Numbered from the stretch's first letter, positions 30,561 through 41,093 are shown. The stretch: DNA of 64,000 nt from Phycisphaerales bacterium (GCA_029260435.1 JAJDDG010000005.1:1-64000), one strand, 5' to 3'. Notes: a model not told the origin generated them from the letters alone. Numbers and translations are program-made.

Positions 30561-33125
30561 TTACCCCCGCGCCGTCGAGAGCAGCTCGCGCGTCCCCGTG
30601 CGCACCACCCCCCGCACCGCTGGCAGCGCAAACAGCAGGCTCATCGCCACTAGCGCAACCCACCCCAGCGCGATCGCCCCGAAATCGGGCCGCAGCTGCA
30701 ACTCCAACCCCGCGAGCAGCTTGTTCAGGCGTAACCCCGCCCACGCGCCCTGCACCCCCATCGCCGTGCCCAGTATCGATGCGCCGAGCGCAACAACGAC
30801 CACCTCACCGAGAATCAGCCGACCCACCATCCCCCGCTCCGCGCCGATCGCACGGATCACGCCAAACTCATACCTTCGCGCATCGATCCCCGCCGCGACG
30901 ATATTCGCCACACCAAGACACCCGATCCCCATCGCGAATAGCGCAACGATCGTCGCGATCCACATCGTCGAGCGCGCGATCTCCAGAATCCCGTCAAGAA
31001 TCTCTCGACCCGATCCCACCGCTGCGGGCGTGTTCCCCATCGCCGCCCGGAGCCCCGCCGTCGCGGCCTCGTCACTCACCGAATCATCGACCGACACCTG
31101 CACCATATCGATCGTCTCGACCCCGAACACCCGCTCCAGATCCGCGCGCGTCCCGAACACCGAGTGTACCGCCTGATTCGCGTACTCCTTGCCGATGTCG
31201 AAATACTTGTTCACGATGTCCAGCCCCGGCGAACTCACAACACCGACGATCTCGAATGACACCGCCTCCCCGCGTGCGCTCGTCGTATACGTATCCCCGA
31301 CGTGGTACCCCGCCGCGACCGTGAACTCCTTCGCCACAAGGATCGCCCCGCCCTGTGCGAGCTGCGCCGCCGCCGTCTCCTGATCGCCCTCAATCCAGTG
31401 CAGGTTCACCATCCGGAACAGCGCATCAGGCTCGAACGCTACAAATGTCGTCCCGATCTGGCGGTTAAACGCCTTCACCCCGAACGAATCATCCTCGATC
31501 CGGTGCAGCGTGATCGCGCATGTACCTGTCACAAAGTCCAGCCCGTCGATCCGCGCCCGCGCACCCTCGTCGATCCCCGACCACCCCCGCACAAACGCCT
31601 GCGGGAACTCGAGCGACCCGAGCCAGTCCCGCGTCACCGCGCGCCCGTTCGTCCACACCGCCGTCAGCATCGCAAGCCCGACCATCAACGCACCAGCCGT
31701 AAATCCAAACCGCATCGGCGTCGCCCGCACCGATGCTCCGAGCAGCCCCCGCGGCAACCCCAGCACCCACGACAACAACCCGCCCACCACCAGATGCACC
31801 CCCAGCACCACCGCCGCGCCGATCAGGAAATATCCGATAAACATCGCTGGCATGCCCACCGTCACATACGACCAGAACAACACCTGCCCGTCCTGCGCCG
31901 TCCCCACAACCGCGAGCTGCACAAGAAGCCCCACAAACCCGAGCGCCGTGAGCGCGAGCAACGCCGCGCGCCTCGGGTGCTGCGCCCGTGCCGCGAGCGA
32001 TTCGAGAGGTGAAGTCCGCGCCGCGCTCACCGCGGGCCAAACCGCACCGATCAACCCCGCTGCCACCGACCCCGCCGCCGCGATCATCAGCCCGCTCCCC
32101 GAGAGCACCAGTCCCGCCGGCAGCCGATCAGGGAAGACCACGCTCATTAGCCACCCCAGCAGCACACCCAAAGGCACGCCCACCACCGCACCACCAACCC
32201 CGACAGCCCCGCCCACCACCAGCTGCGCTAGTGCGATCGTCCGCCGATCCGAGCCGACACACCGCATAATCGCCAACTCCCGCCGCCGTTCGAGCATGTT
32301 CGTCGTGAGCCCCGTCAGCACGATGAACCCCGCCGCGATATAGGCAAGCACCGACACCAGCAGGAAGAAAAACCGATTCGCCCGCATCGCGCCCGCGATC
32401 CCGCTGGTGATCTTCGTCGTCTGGTCCGCGCTGAGCGATTCGGGCAAGAGCGCCCCAAGCCGCGCGGCAACCGCGTCCGCATCCCGTTCGTCTTCTAACG
32501 CCAGCAGGATCTCAGACAGCTTCCCCGTGTACCCGCTCGCCTCCGCGAGCGTATCGAGATGGAGCGTCGCCTCCGGGCGCGCGACCATCTGCATCGCGCT
32601 GCTCCCCGCGATCCCGCTCACCGTCACGCTCATCGCCTCGCCCCAGCGCACAACACCAAGCTCGTCCCCGATCGTTACCCCGAGCCGCTCCGCCGTCGCG
32701 CCGTCGAGCACGATGTCCCCCGCACCCCGCACCACATCCCCCTCACGCACCCGCCCCGCCACCAGCGCGTACTCGCTCGCCGGCAGGATGCCCAACCCCA
32801 CCACCGTCGCGCTCGCGCCGCTCTCCCGGTTCTCAAGGCTCAGCGGCGCCCGCAACCGGGGCGACGCCGCCCGCACCCCGGGATCCGCCGTCGCGATCTC
32901 CAATACGTCGATCCCGAACCGCTTCTCCCCGATATCGCTGATCCGGATGTCTGCCGCCCCGAGCGACGCCGTCACACGCTGCGCCATCCCCGCTGTGAGC
33001 GAGTGCATCGCGCAGGACACTGCCGCGACGAGCGTCGTCGCCAGCGCCACCGCGCTCACCAGCAGCACCGTCCGGGTCCTACGCCCCGACAGCGCGTTGA
33101 TACTCAGCAGCCACACCGCTCTCAT
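30561..33125 (-). CDS. ABC transporter permease with duplicated FtsX domains (MacB/LolE-like)
   Basis: Two FtsX 4-TM modules, each preceded by a periplasmic domain. Start at the internal Met (MRAVWLL). Overlaps the ATPase gene. Confidence 0.8.
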   Translation of the reverse strand: MRAVWLLSINALSGRRTRTVLLVSAVALATTLVAAVSCAMHSLTAGMAQRVTASLGAADIRISDIGEKRFGIDVLEIATADPGVRAASPRLRAPLSLENRESGASATVVGLGILPASEYALVAGRVREGDVVRGAGDIVLDGATAERLGVTIGDELGVVRWGEAMSVTVSGIAGSSAMQMVARPEATLHLDTLAEASGYTGKLSEILLALEDERDADAVAARLGALLPESLSADQTTKITSGIAGAMRANRFFFLLVSVLAYIAAGFIVLTGLTTNMLERRRELAIMRCVGSDRRTIALAQLVVGGAVGVGGAVVGVPLGVLLGWLMSVVFPDRLPAGLVLSGSGLMIAAAGSVAAGLIGAVWPAVSAARTSPLESLAARAQHPRRAALLALTALGFVGLLVQLAVVGTAQDGQVLFWSYVTVGMPAMFIGYFLIGAAVVLGVHLVVGGLLSWVLGLPRGLLGASVRATPMRFGFTAGALMVGLAMLTAVWTNGRAVTRDWLGSLEFPQAFVRGWSGIDEGARARIDGLDFVTGTCAITLHRIEDDSFGVKAFNRQIGTTFVAFEPDALFRMVNLHWIEGDQETAAAQLAQGGAILVAKEFTVAAGYHVGDTYTTSARGEAVSFEIVGVVSSPGLDIVNKYFDIGKEYANQAVHSVFGTRADLERVFGVETIDMVQVSVDDSVSDEAATAGLRAAMGNTPAAVGSGREILDGILEIARSTMWIATIVALFAMGIGCLGVANIVAAGIDARRYEFGVIRAIGAERGMVGRLILGEVVVVALGASILGTAMGVQGAWAGLRLNKLLAGLELQLRPDFGAIALGWVALVAMSLLFALPAVRGVVRTGTRELLSTARG

Positions 33126-33810
33126 CAAGCGACTCCGTTGCAAACGACCCGGTGCACACACCGTCCTGCACCGCAAAAACGCGCGAGCAGTGCGTCGCCG
33201 CAGCTGGCTCGTGCGTCACCATCACCACGCTCATCCCCCGCTCCCGCGAAAGCTCCGCAAGCAACCCCCACAGCGCCCGCGACGAATCCGAATCCAGATT
33301 CCCCGTCGGCTCGTCCGCCAATATCACCCGCGGCTCAAACAACATCGCCCGCGCGATCGCCACCCGCTGCTGCTCGCCACCGCTCATCGCGTCCGGGCGG
33401 TGGGCAGCGCGATCATCCACACCAAGCCGCTCGAGCAACCCGCTCGCACGCGACCGCAACCACGCGCCGTCCCGCTTCGCCAGCACGCCCGGTAGTTCCA
33501 CATTCTGCAGCGCCGTCATCGTCGGGATCAGATTGAACTGCTGGAACACGATCCCCACGTCCTCCCGCCGGAACATCGTCAGCTCGCGCTCGCTCAGCGT
33601 GTCGATCCGCTTGCCCGCGACATGGATCTCCCCACCGTCCGGACGATCGAGCCCCGCCAGCAGGTGCAGCAATGTCGTTTTGCCCGACCCGCTCGGGCCC
33701 ATGATCGCAAAGAAGCCCGCCTCGTCGATCTCCAGATCCAACCCGCGCAGCGCGCGCACCGCCCCATCACCCTGCCCGTATGTCTTGTGGACTCCCATGG
33801 CCCGGATCAT
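33079..33810 (-). CDS. ABC transporter ATP-binding protein (LolD/MacB ATPase type)
   Basis: GPSGSGKTT Walker A, LSGGEQQRVAIARA signature and ILADEPTGNLD Walker B. Confidence 0.85.
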   Translation of the reverse strand: MIRAMGVHKTYGQGDGAVRALRGLDLEIDEAGFFAIMGPSGSGKTTLLHLLAGLDRPDGGEIHVAGKRIDTLSERELTMFRREDVGIVFQQFNLIPTMTALQNVELPGVLAKRDGAWLRSRASGLLERLGVDDRAAHRPDAMSGGEQQRVAIARAMLFEPRVILADEPTGNLDSDSSRALWGLLAELSRERGMSVVMVTHEPAAATHCSRVFAVQDGVCTGSFATESLDESGVAAEYQRAVGA

Positions 33811-33857
33811 GTCGTCAACGCATTCATAGGTATCGTCCCCCCCGCGCCGCTCAAGCG

Positions 33858-34241
33858 CTACAGCGGGTACTTCTCGTCGTACGCCCCGCCATCCATCAGC
33901 CCGTCCAGCGCCGATGTCTCCGAGGGCTTGATCTTCACCAGCCACCCCGCCCCGTATGGATCCGAGTTCAACAGCGACGGCTGATCCGCCAGCGCATCGT
34001 TCACTTCCGCGATCTCGCCGGGCACCGCCGAATACACATCACTCGTCGCTTTCACCGACTCGACCTCGCCCAGAGAGTCTCCGGGGGTGATTTGGGTTCC
34101 CGCACCCTGCATTTCAACGAACGTGATATCCGTCAGCTCCGCGACCGCAAAGGGCGTCAGCCCGAGCACGATGAGACCGCCCTCGCTCTTGTGCCATTCA
34201 TGGGTCTCAGCGTATTTCCGATCTGTTGGTGCATTCGACAT
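33858..34241 (-). CDS. gcvH: glycine cleavage system H protein
   Basis: ESVKATSDVYSAVPGE lipoyl-lysine motif; 127 aa. Confidence 0.85.
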   Translation of the reverse strand: MSNAPTDRKYAETHEWHKSEGGLIVLGLTPFAVAELTDITFVEMQGAGTQITPGDSLGEVESVKATSDVYSAVPGEIAEVNDALADQPSLLNSDPYGAGWLVKIKPSETSALDGLMDGGAYDEKYPL

Positions 34242-34325
34242 GGGGCGGGATTGTACTCGCACCCCGGTTTCCGAGCGCTCAGGGCAGATTCACCGGGAAT
34301 CGTGCCCCCAAAATGTGAAAATAGG

Positions 34326-34354
34326 TTGCTTTGACTCCCTAACAGTCTGATAAT
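34326..34354 (+). promoter_or_regulatory. sigma70-like promoter candidate (TTGCTT-17 bp-GATAAT)
   Basis: Hexamers with 17-bp spacing in a locally AT-richer intergenic stretch, ~55 nt upstream of a strong terminator. Confidence 0.3.
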
Positions 34355-34360
34355 CCACAG

Positions 34361-34444
34361 CTTGGGAGCACCCATCGCTTCCCAATCCCAAACAAGTCTT
34401 TCTCCCCTCCAGACGGCCCGGCCTTGTGCCGGCCGTCTTTTTTT
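34361..34444 (+). ncRNA. candidate small RNA (~80 nt) bounded by the promoter candidate and an intrinsic terminator
   Basis: No ORF. Ends in the hairpin AGACGGCCCGGC/GCCGGCCGUCU plus U7. Lies between divergent gcvH and a sugar-phosphate isomerase gene. Confidence 0.25.
34411..34444 (+). terminator. rho-independent terminator
   Basis: GC-rich 11-bp stem, TTGT loop, then TTTTTTT. Confidence 0.55.
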
Positions 34445-34613
34445 CGCGCACGCCGCAAACCCGCCAGTATTCCAATTCACACGCGATCCGACCCATTAGC
34501 CGATATGGGGGGCACACGCCGATCGCAGGCGCACACAGCCGCCGCGCCGGGCATCGGACAGGTACATCGCGAGGCGGGTACAGTGATGCCCACTCATCAA
34601 GGGACAACAGTCG

Positions 34614-35405
34614 ATGCTGCAAACGCTCTCCGCCAAATCGCTCGCAGGAAAGATGGGCAAGAGCAAGACCGCTATCACTCTCTTTGATGTCCCCGCGATC
34701 GCCCAGAGCGAGGTGGGGTTCCAGGGCATCAACATCCAAACATCCTTCCTCAAGGGCTGGGACGTCAAGGATATTGACCGCCTCCGGGATGTTGCCGACA
34801 AAGCCGCCTGCCCCTGCCTCCTGCTCATCGAGGAAGGCAACCATCCCCTGGGCTCCACCAACGCAGAGAACACCGAACAATCACTTGATCGCATCGACCG
34901 CGTCCTCCGCGTCGCCTCCAGACTCGGGTGCTCCTCCGTTTCCTTCCGCGTGACCGGCACCGGCGCAGGCTGCGCCGATCGCGCCGCCGAACACCTCAAA
35001 ACAATCATCGCCCGCGCAGAGCGTATGGAGATCAACGTCCTCATCGCTCCAGATAAAAATATGTGCTCCACTCCAGAAGCGCTCACAGACCTCATCCGCA
35101 AGGTCGGCGGCTTCCGTATCGGCGCATTCCCGGACTTCCAGACCGCCTGTGATTCCGATGACCCCGCCTCATACCTCCGATCCCTCACGCCATATGCCTC
35201 CGTCGTCTGTGCCTGCTTCCAGGACTTCACCGACGCCGGCAAGCACACCGCCTACGACATCGATGCCTGCCTGGACGCAATCATGAGTGTTGGATTCGAG
35301 GGATCGCTCTCCTTCGAGTATCGTGGAAAGAAAGACCCGATCCCGAGCCTCTCCGCGATGCGCAATCTCGTCGAGGCACGGGTCGAAGCAAGCCAGAAGA
35401 AATGA
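34614..35405 (+). CDS. sugar-phosphate isomerase/epimerase (xylose-isomerase-like TIM barrel)
   Basis: 263 aa; AP-endonuclease-2/xylose-isomerase-like pattern of conserved acidic and His residues. Confidence 0.6.
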   Translation: MLQTLSAKSLAGKMGKSKTAITLFDVPAIAQSEVGFQGINIQTSFLKGWDVKDIDRLRDVADKAACPCLLLIEEGNHPLGSTNAENTEQSLDRIDRVLRVASRLGCSSVSFRVTGTGAGCADRAAEHLKTIIARAERMEINVLIAPDKNMCSTPEALTDLIRKVGGFRIGAFPDFQTACDSDDPASYLRSLTPYASVVCACFQDFTDAGKHTAYDIDACLDAIMSVGFEGSLSFEYRGKKDPIPSLSAMRNLVEARVEASQKK

Positions 35406-36208
35406 CGAGAACAACAAACCGGGAATCGGTCGTGATCGAGCTTGGGAAGTCCTCAGAAGACAGCGCCGATCACCGCTCAAGCGCCAAGCCGGCGCCCGAG
35501 CTACTCGTCACCATCGACGGCCCCGCCGGCACCGGCAAATCCACCGTCGCCCGTGAACTCGCCCACAAACTCGGTGTGGATTTCCTCGACACCGGCGCCA
35601 TGTACCGCGCCGCAACCGCCCTCGCTATAGACGCATCCATCCCGAGAGATGACGAAGCAGCAATCGTCAAACTCGTCGAGAGCGCAGACCTCCGATTCGA
35701 CTGGGGGGCCGACCCACCAGACCTCCGCGCGTTCGCCAAGTCCGTCATGCACCGCCTCCGCGACACCGATGTCACCGCGGAGGTCTCACCCGTCTCCGCG
35801 CTGCCGGGCGTCCGCGAGATCCTTGTTCATATCCAACGCCGCATCGGCTCCGAGCACTCCCGCCTCGTCTCCGAAGGGCGCGATCAGGGATCCGTCGTCT
35901 TCCCGGACGCAGATGTCAAAATCTATCTGGACGCATCACCCCGCGTCCGCGCCCAGCGCCGCGCCGCTCAACTCCTCCGCGAAGGCAAAGGGGATGCCGC
36001 CGACGTAGATATCAACCAGATCGAAGCCGAGATCACCGAACGCGACCAGCGCGACCGCTCCCGCTCCGTCGGCCCGCTCGTTTGCCCCAAAGACGCCATC
36101 CGCTTCGATACCTCCGACCTCCCGCAAAGCGAGGTCGTCGAAGGGCTGCTCGAAATCGTCGTCAGCGCCCTCCGCGCCAAAGACCCCACCGGGAAGAAGC
36201 AGGGGTGA
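35402..36208 (+). CDS. cmk: cytidylate kinase
   Basis: LLVTIDGPAGTGKSTVAREL P-loop and CMP-binding motifs. Confidence 0.9.
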   Translation: MTRTTNRESVVIELGKSSEDSADHRSSAKPAPELLVTIDGPAGTGKSTVARELAHKLGVDFLDTGAMYRAATALAIDASIPRDDEAAIVKLVESADLRFDWGADPPDLRAFAKSVMHRLRDTDVTAEVSPVSALPGVREILVHIQRRIGSEHSRLVSEGRDQGSVVFPDADVKIYLDASPRVRAQRRAAQLLREGKGDAADVDINQIEAEITERDQRDRSRSVGPLVCPKDAIRFDTSDLPQSEVVEGLLEIVVSALRAKDPTGKKQG

Positions 36209-36897
36209 GCGACGCCGCGCCCCCCCGCGCACTCGCGCACAAACGCCCGTTCTACTCGCGCGCCATGTACACCACCGGGCAATGTATCGCCCTCGTTCTC
36301 GCGACGGTCTGCTTCCGATTCCGACGCTTCGGCGCGAAAAACATCCCCGCCCGCGGCGCCTGCGTCATCGTCGCCAACCACCAGTCGCATATGGACCCCC
36401 CCGTCATCGGCGCCGGCATCTGGAACCGCCAGCTCGTCTTTGTCGCCCGCGCCGGGCTCTTCAAAAACCCGATCTTCGGCTGGGCAATCCGCTCGGTAAA
36501 CGCCATCCCAATCGAAGAAGGCGCCCGCGCAGAGATCGCCACCATCAAGAAATTCATCGGCCGCCTCCGCACGGGTGAGGTTGTCCTGGTGTTCCCAGAG
36601 GGCACACGCACAACAGATGGCTCCGTCGGCGAATTCAAAGCAGGCGCAGCGCTCCTGATCAAACGCGCCCGCTGCCCCGTCGTGCCCTGCGCCATCGAGG
36701 GCGCATATCTCGCATTCCCCAGAGGACAACACCTCCCCAATCTTTTCGGCAACCGCGTCGCCGTCGCGTACGGCCAACCCATCGACCCCGAAGAACTCCT
36801 CGCCGACGGCCCAGAAGCCGCCATGCAGCGCCTGCGAACCGAAGTCGAATCGCTGCGTCAAAGCCTCAGAGCGCGCATGTCGGGTACCACACCTTGA
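36205..36897 (+). CDS. plsC: 1-acyl-sn-glycerol-3-phosphate acyltransferase
   Basis: GTG start overlapping the cmk stop (GTGA). NHQSHMDPP acyltransferase motif I and FPEGTR motif III. Confidence 0.8.
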   Translation: MSDAAPPRALAHKRPFYSRAMYTTGQCIALVLATVCFRFRRFGAKNIPARGACVIVANHQSHMDPPVIGAGIWNRQLVFVARAGLFKNPIFGWAIRSVNAIPIEEGARAEIATIKKFIGRLRTGEVVLVFPEGTRTTDGSVGEFKAGAALLIKRARCPVVPCAIEGAYLAFPRGQHLPNLFGNRVAVAYGQPIDPEELLADGPEAAMQRLRTEVESLRQSLRARMSGTTP

Positions 36898-36904
36898 ACC
36901 GAAG

Positions 36905-37130
36905 GGGCAAGGCGCAGGGTGCCACTGGCGGCTTGCCCGCCAGTGTCCAGCCTACTCAAACAAACATGACGCTCAGTATCGCACGAATACAACGCGTTTC
37001 CACCGCCCGCCGCTTCTTCGTCAGAAAAATGCCATGCGTAGCATGGCTGGAAAATAAAATGTCTTCGGGGGGTGCGGGGGATTCTTCCCTCGCATCGCAT
37101 ACAACGAATACATTGCCGTTCTTGAAGTAT
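36905..37130 (+). repeat. ~230-bp structured repeat element, copy A
   Basis: GGGTGCCACTGGCGGCTTGCCCGCCAGTG hairpin, then a GCCATGC-gta-GCATGGC hairpin, then a GCGGGGGA-ttct-TCCCTCGC hairpin. About 80% identical to the copies at 45978, 49296(rc) and 49970(rc). Confidence 0.8.
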
Positions 37131-37144
37131 CCCGGAGCCTCGTC

Positions 37145-37822
37145 ATGCATTACCGCCGTGTAGTACCCCTTATTGCTCTCCTCCTCGCCGCCCTCATCCT
37201 CCCCGCCATGCGCCAGGATGTCACCCTCGACGAACTCGACCTCCGCACCATCAACAACAAAACCCACATCGCGCAGCTCGAACTCGAACTCGCAGCCCTC
37301 CGCGCCGAACTCAAAGACCTCCGCGAGAACTGCTGCGCCGATACTCCCCCCGTGCCGGAAGCTTCCAAAGTCCACAGCCCCGCTTCCATCCCGGCACACA
37401 ACAATGGCGTGTACTACTTCCGCCTCACGGCAATCACCGAGTTGGAAAAGATCGCTTCATTACTCGAACAGGCAGTCGCTCTGGAAGAGACCGCCCAAGA
37501 GTACCGAGAGCAGGCAACGAAGCGGCAAAGCTTAGGCGGTAAAAAACTAAGTCAAACCGAAATCCGACAACTCCATAGAGACGCGTCAGATTACGACGCA
37601 GATGCCAAAAAACTCCGCCGCGAATACAACAACCCCGGCTTCGCACTCGCCGGCTTCGATGCCGATGGCAGAGATGTCACCTGCAACGTCACCGGCCCGG
37701 ACATGCGCGCCGCCGCAAAGATCCCGCACAACAGCATCGTCATGGCACGCGGCGATGTCATCGAAAACACCGACGACAGACTCACACTAAACAGCGCCCG
37801 TGTCGGCCGAGTCCGAGAGTAG
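37145..37822 (+). CDS. secreted coiled-coil hypothetical protein
   Basis: Signal peptide VVPLIALLLAALILPA. AQLELELAALRAELKDLRE coiled coil. Confidence 0.45.
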   Translation: MHYRRVVPLIALLLAALILPAMRQDVTLDELDLRTINNKTHIAQLELELAALRAELKDLRENCCADTPPVPEASKVHSPASIPAHNNGVYYFRLTAITELEKIASLLEQAVALEETAQEYREQATKRQSLGGKKLSQTEIRQLHRDASDYDADAKKLRREYNNPGFALAGFDADGRDVTCNVTGPDMRAAAKIPHNSIVMARGDVIENTDDRLTLNSARVGRVRE

Positions 37823-38028
37823 ACCGATCCCCGATGCCTCTTCCCTCCCTCCCCCTCTGGGGGAGGTCGAAGATCCGCCGGAGGCGGGATGTCATCACTG
37901 TCTGCAGTGATGACAGGAGAGGGCTCCCCAATCTACTCCTTTTTCTTGCCCCCTCTCCCCACCGAAAGAGTATTGGGGTGGGGGGGCATCTTCCTGATGC
38001 CTATTGCCTAATGCCCGGTGCCTTCTTC

Positions 38029-40977
38029 TCACACCCCCACAGCCCCCGCGTCCCGATCGCTCAGCATCCCGCCATCGCTCCGCTCGCGCACCGTCCCGTC
38101 GCGCTTCCAACTCCGCTCGCACCGCGCCTCGCCCCGCAGATCCTGCACTTCAACATCCGCGCCGCCGAGCGTCACCCGCGAGACCCCCATCAGATCCGCG
38201 AGATCAACAGCGTCAAACACCGCGAGCACACCTTCCGGGTCAGGCATCGCAATCCCCGCATCGAGCGGGTTATCCAGTTCGCCCTTCGCGCGAACATCCT
38301 CCAGCGCCTTGAGCGCCGCGTCCCGCGCATCGATCGCTTTCGACCAGTTCTCGTTGCACGGCGCGCCGAAGCTGTCAACAAATGTCATCCGGTGGACGCA
38401 CACATCCTCGCCCTTCCGCAGCGCGCGCGCCGCCTCGTCCGCCGTATGCGGCAGCACCACCGCGAGCAACCGCGTGATCCCATCGGTCAGATCCCAAAGC
38501 GTGCTCTGTGTCAGCCGCCGCCGCGCCGAATCAATCCGGTCGCAGTACAGCCGGTCTTTCACCGCCGCGAGGTATACCGCGCTCAGCGTGTCGTTGCAGA
38601 AGTTATAGAGCAGCTCTGTCGCGCCGCGGAAGTTATACGCGCCGTACGCTTCCCGCACCGCGCTGTTCATCTTGTCAAACTCCCCAAGCACCCACGCATC
38701 AATACTCTCCGCCGGGTAATCCCGCATCGCAACGCACATCCCCTCGCCGCTCGTGCAATCTTTGCCGGGGGTTGGTGGGGGGGGTGAAGGTGTGAAATCA
38801 TCCAGATTGCTCAGCATGAACCGGATCGTGTTCCGCACCTTCCGGTACGCTTCCCCCGCCGTCCTGAAGAAATCGTGATCGCTCTTGATGTCCCCCTCAT
38901 ACGAGATCGTCGCGAGCCACCATCGGCACACATCCGCGCCAAACTCCTTCACCAGATCTTCAACATCGAGCGTGTTCCCCAGGCTTTTGCTCATCTTCTG
39001 CCCGTTCTTGTCCACCATGAATCCGTGCGTCAGCACCGTCTTAAACGGCGCGACCCCCGTCGCGCCCAACGCCGGCAGCAGCGAAAGCTGGAACCAACCC
39101 CGGTGCTGGTCAGACCCCTCTAAATACAGATCGATCGGGTAGTCCCTGCCCCCCGAGCGCTCCCGCATCACCGCGTTCCAGCTCGACCCGCTCTCGAACC
39201 AAACATCAAAGATGTCGTGCCCCGTGCGCATCGTCGCGCGATCAAACCCCTCCGGCGCATCGCCCCAGTCGTAGTGCTTGAGCAGATCCGCGGGCTCCAT
39301 CGTGAACCACGCATCCGAACCTTCTTCTCTAAATAGCTTCGCGATCGCGCGCACACTCGCCGCCGTCAGCAGCACCTTCCCCTCCCCGTCATAAAACGCC
39401 GGGATCGGTAGGCCCCAACTCCGCTGCCGCGAGATGCACCAGTCCGGGCGCGATTCCAGCATCCCCCGCATCCGGTTGCGACCCCAATCGGGTACAAACC
39501 GCACACCCTCCGCCGTTGCGCTCAGCGCCATCTCCCGCAGCGAGTCGCTCCGCCCCACCGCCTTGTCATCAACAGTGATAAACCACTGCTCCGTCGCGCG
39601 GAAGATTACCGGAGTCTTCCCGCGCCAGTCGTGCGGGTACGAGTGCATGAACTTGTGCGAATAAAACAGATGCCCGCTCGTGCGCAGATCTTCCGTCACC
39701 TTCTCGTTCGCGTCCCACACGCTCATCCCCGTATACTTCTCAGGAACAGTCCCGTCGTACGTCCCGTCCCCGTTCACCGGGCAATAGATAGGCAGCTTCT
39801 CGCGCACACCGGTGATGTAGTCATCGCTGCCGTGCCCCGGCGCGGTATGCACCAGCCCCGTCCCATCCTCAAGCGTCACATACTCCGCCGCGATCACCCG
39901 GTAGCACCGCCCTTCCTCCGCGTGCCGCACCGCGACCTTGGGCAGCTCCGCGAGCGCCGGCGCCGCGTCCCGCATCGGGTGCTTGTACCGCAGCTCAAGA
40001 AGAGCCTCGCCCTTCGCCTTCGCGATGATCTCCACCTCTTCCGCGCCCGCCTGCTTCGTCACCTTCTCCAGCAGCCCCTCCGCGAGCACCGTGTAGTTCC
40101 CGTCCACCCGCGCGAGCACATACTCAAACCGTGGGTGTACCGCGATCCCAAGGTTCGCCGCGAGCGTCCATGGCGTCGTCGTCCAGATCATGAAGCAGGG
40201 CGTCTGATCAGGACGCGCCTCGCCGGTTAACCCAAACGCGTCGTACACCGCCCCCGCGTCCGCCGCCTCGAAATCCACGTACACCGAGATATCCTCCCGG
40301 TCGTAGTACTCCAGCTCCGCGTCAGCAAGCGCCGTCTCGTTCGCGATCGACCAGTGCACACTCTTGAGCTGCCGGTACACCACCCCCCGTTCCACCAGCT
40401 CCGCGAACACCTCGACAACCGCGCCCTCGTACGAAGGCACCATCGTCAGATACGGATTGTCGTAGTCCGCGAGCGTCATCAGCCGCTCCATCTGCACCCG
40501 CTGCACCTTGATGAACTTCTCCGCGTACTTCTTGCACTCCCGCCGCACCGCCATCCGCCGCGCACCCTCCTCCAGCCCCTGCAATTTCGCGAGCTTCCCG
40601 CTCTCGCTCAATTCCTGCATCACCTTGTGCTCGATCGGCAAGCCATGACAATCCCAACCCGGCACGTACTCGCAGCTCATCCCCTCCATCACCTTGCTGC
40701 GCACAACGAAATCCTTCAGACACTTGTTCAGCATGTGCCCGAGGTGGATCGACCCGTTCGCATAAGGCGGCCCATCGTGGAACACAAACCGCCCCCCCGC
40801 GAAATCCGTACCCGCCCGCTCCTCTTTCAGCGCGTCGTACAACTTCCCCTTCGACCACCGCTTGAGCGACGCCGGCTCGTTCTGCACCAGGTTCGCCTTC
40901 ATCGGGAACGAAGTCTTGGGCAGATTGAGAGTCTTCTTGTAGGAAGGCTTCTTGTTTTCAGCAGCGCTCTGGCTCAT
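38029..40977 (-). CDS. ileS: isoleucine--tRNA ligase
   Basis: HMGH-type motif (PYANGSIHLGHMLN), KMSKS motif and editing domain; 982 aa. Confidence 0.95.
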   Translation of the reverse strand: MSQSAAENKKPSYKKTLNLPKTSFPMKANLVQNEPASLKRWSKGKLYDALKEERAGTDFAGGRFVFHDGPPYANGSIHLGHMLNKCLKDFVVRSKVMEGMSCEYVPGWDCHGLPIEHKVMQELSESGKLAKLQGLEEGARRMAVRRECKKYAEKFIKVQRVQMERLMTLADYDNPYLTMVPSYEGAVVEVFAELVERGVVYRQLKSVHWSIANETALADAELEYYDREDISVYVDFEAADAGAVYDAFGLTGEARPDQTPCFMIWTTTPWTLAANLGIAVHPRFEYVLARVDGNYTVLAEGLLEKVTKQAGAEEVEIIAKAKGEALLELRYKHPMRDAAPALAELPKVAVRHAEEGRCYRVIAAEYVTLEDGTGLVHTAPGHGSDDYITGVREKLPIYCPVNGDGTYDGTVPEKYTGMSVWDANEKVTEDLRTSGHLFYSHKFMHSYPHDWRGKTPVIFRATEQWFITVDDKAVGRSDSLREMALSATAEGVRFVPDWGRNRMRGMLESRPDWCISRQRSWGLPIPAFYDGEGKVLLTAASVRAIAKLFREEGSDAWFTMEPADLLKHYDWGDAPEGFDRATMRTGHDIFDVWFESGSSWNAVMRERSGGRDYPIDLYLEGSDQHRGWFQLSLLPALGATGVAPFKTVLTHGFMVDKNGQKMSKSLGNTLDVEDLVKEFGADVCRWWLATISYEGDIKSDHDFFRTAGEAYRKVRNTIRFMLSNLDDFTPSPPPPTPGKDCTSGEGMCVAMRDYPAESIDAWVLGEFDKMNSAVREAYGAYNFRGATELLYNFCNDTLSAVYLAAVKDRLYCDRIDSARRRLTQSTLWDLTDGITRLLAVVLPHTADEAARALRKGEDVCVHRMTFVDSFGAPCNENWSKAIDARDAALKALEDVRAKGELDNPLDAGIAMPDPEGVLAVFDAVDLADLMGVSRVTLGGADVEVQDLRGEARCERSWKRDGTVRERSDGGMLSDRDAGAVGV

Positions 40978-41093
40978 CGCTCTAGCTCACAGATCTTGTG
41001 GTGTGTTCATGTCTGGGGTCGTGAATGAAGGGAGTTGTGGGTATCAGGGGGAGGCGGAACAGCATACCTCCACCTCTCATTCCTTCCTCCTCA

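Noticed and set aside
29683-31176. Long plus-strand and minus-strand ORFs full of Pro/Ser/Arg/Ala
   Set aside because: They are the antisense or off-frame shadow of the permease and ABC permease genes, a high-GC artefact. The same applies to 23860..26307, 53772..55163, 58093..59931, 61729..63324, 62991..63926, 10338..11015 and similar entries.
34242-34410. Glycine riboswitch upstream of gcvH (minus strand)
   Set aside because: The reverse complement lacks the tandem GGAGAG...CACCGAAGGGGCAA aptamer cores. Only a generic purine-rich stretch is present.
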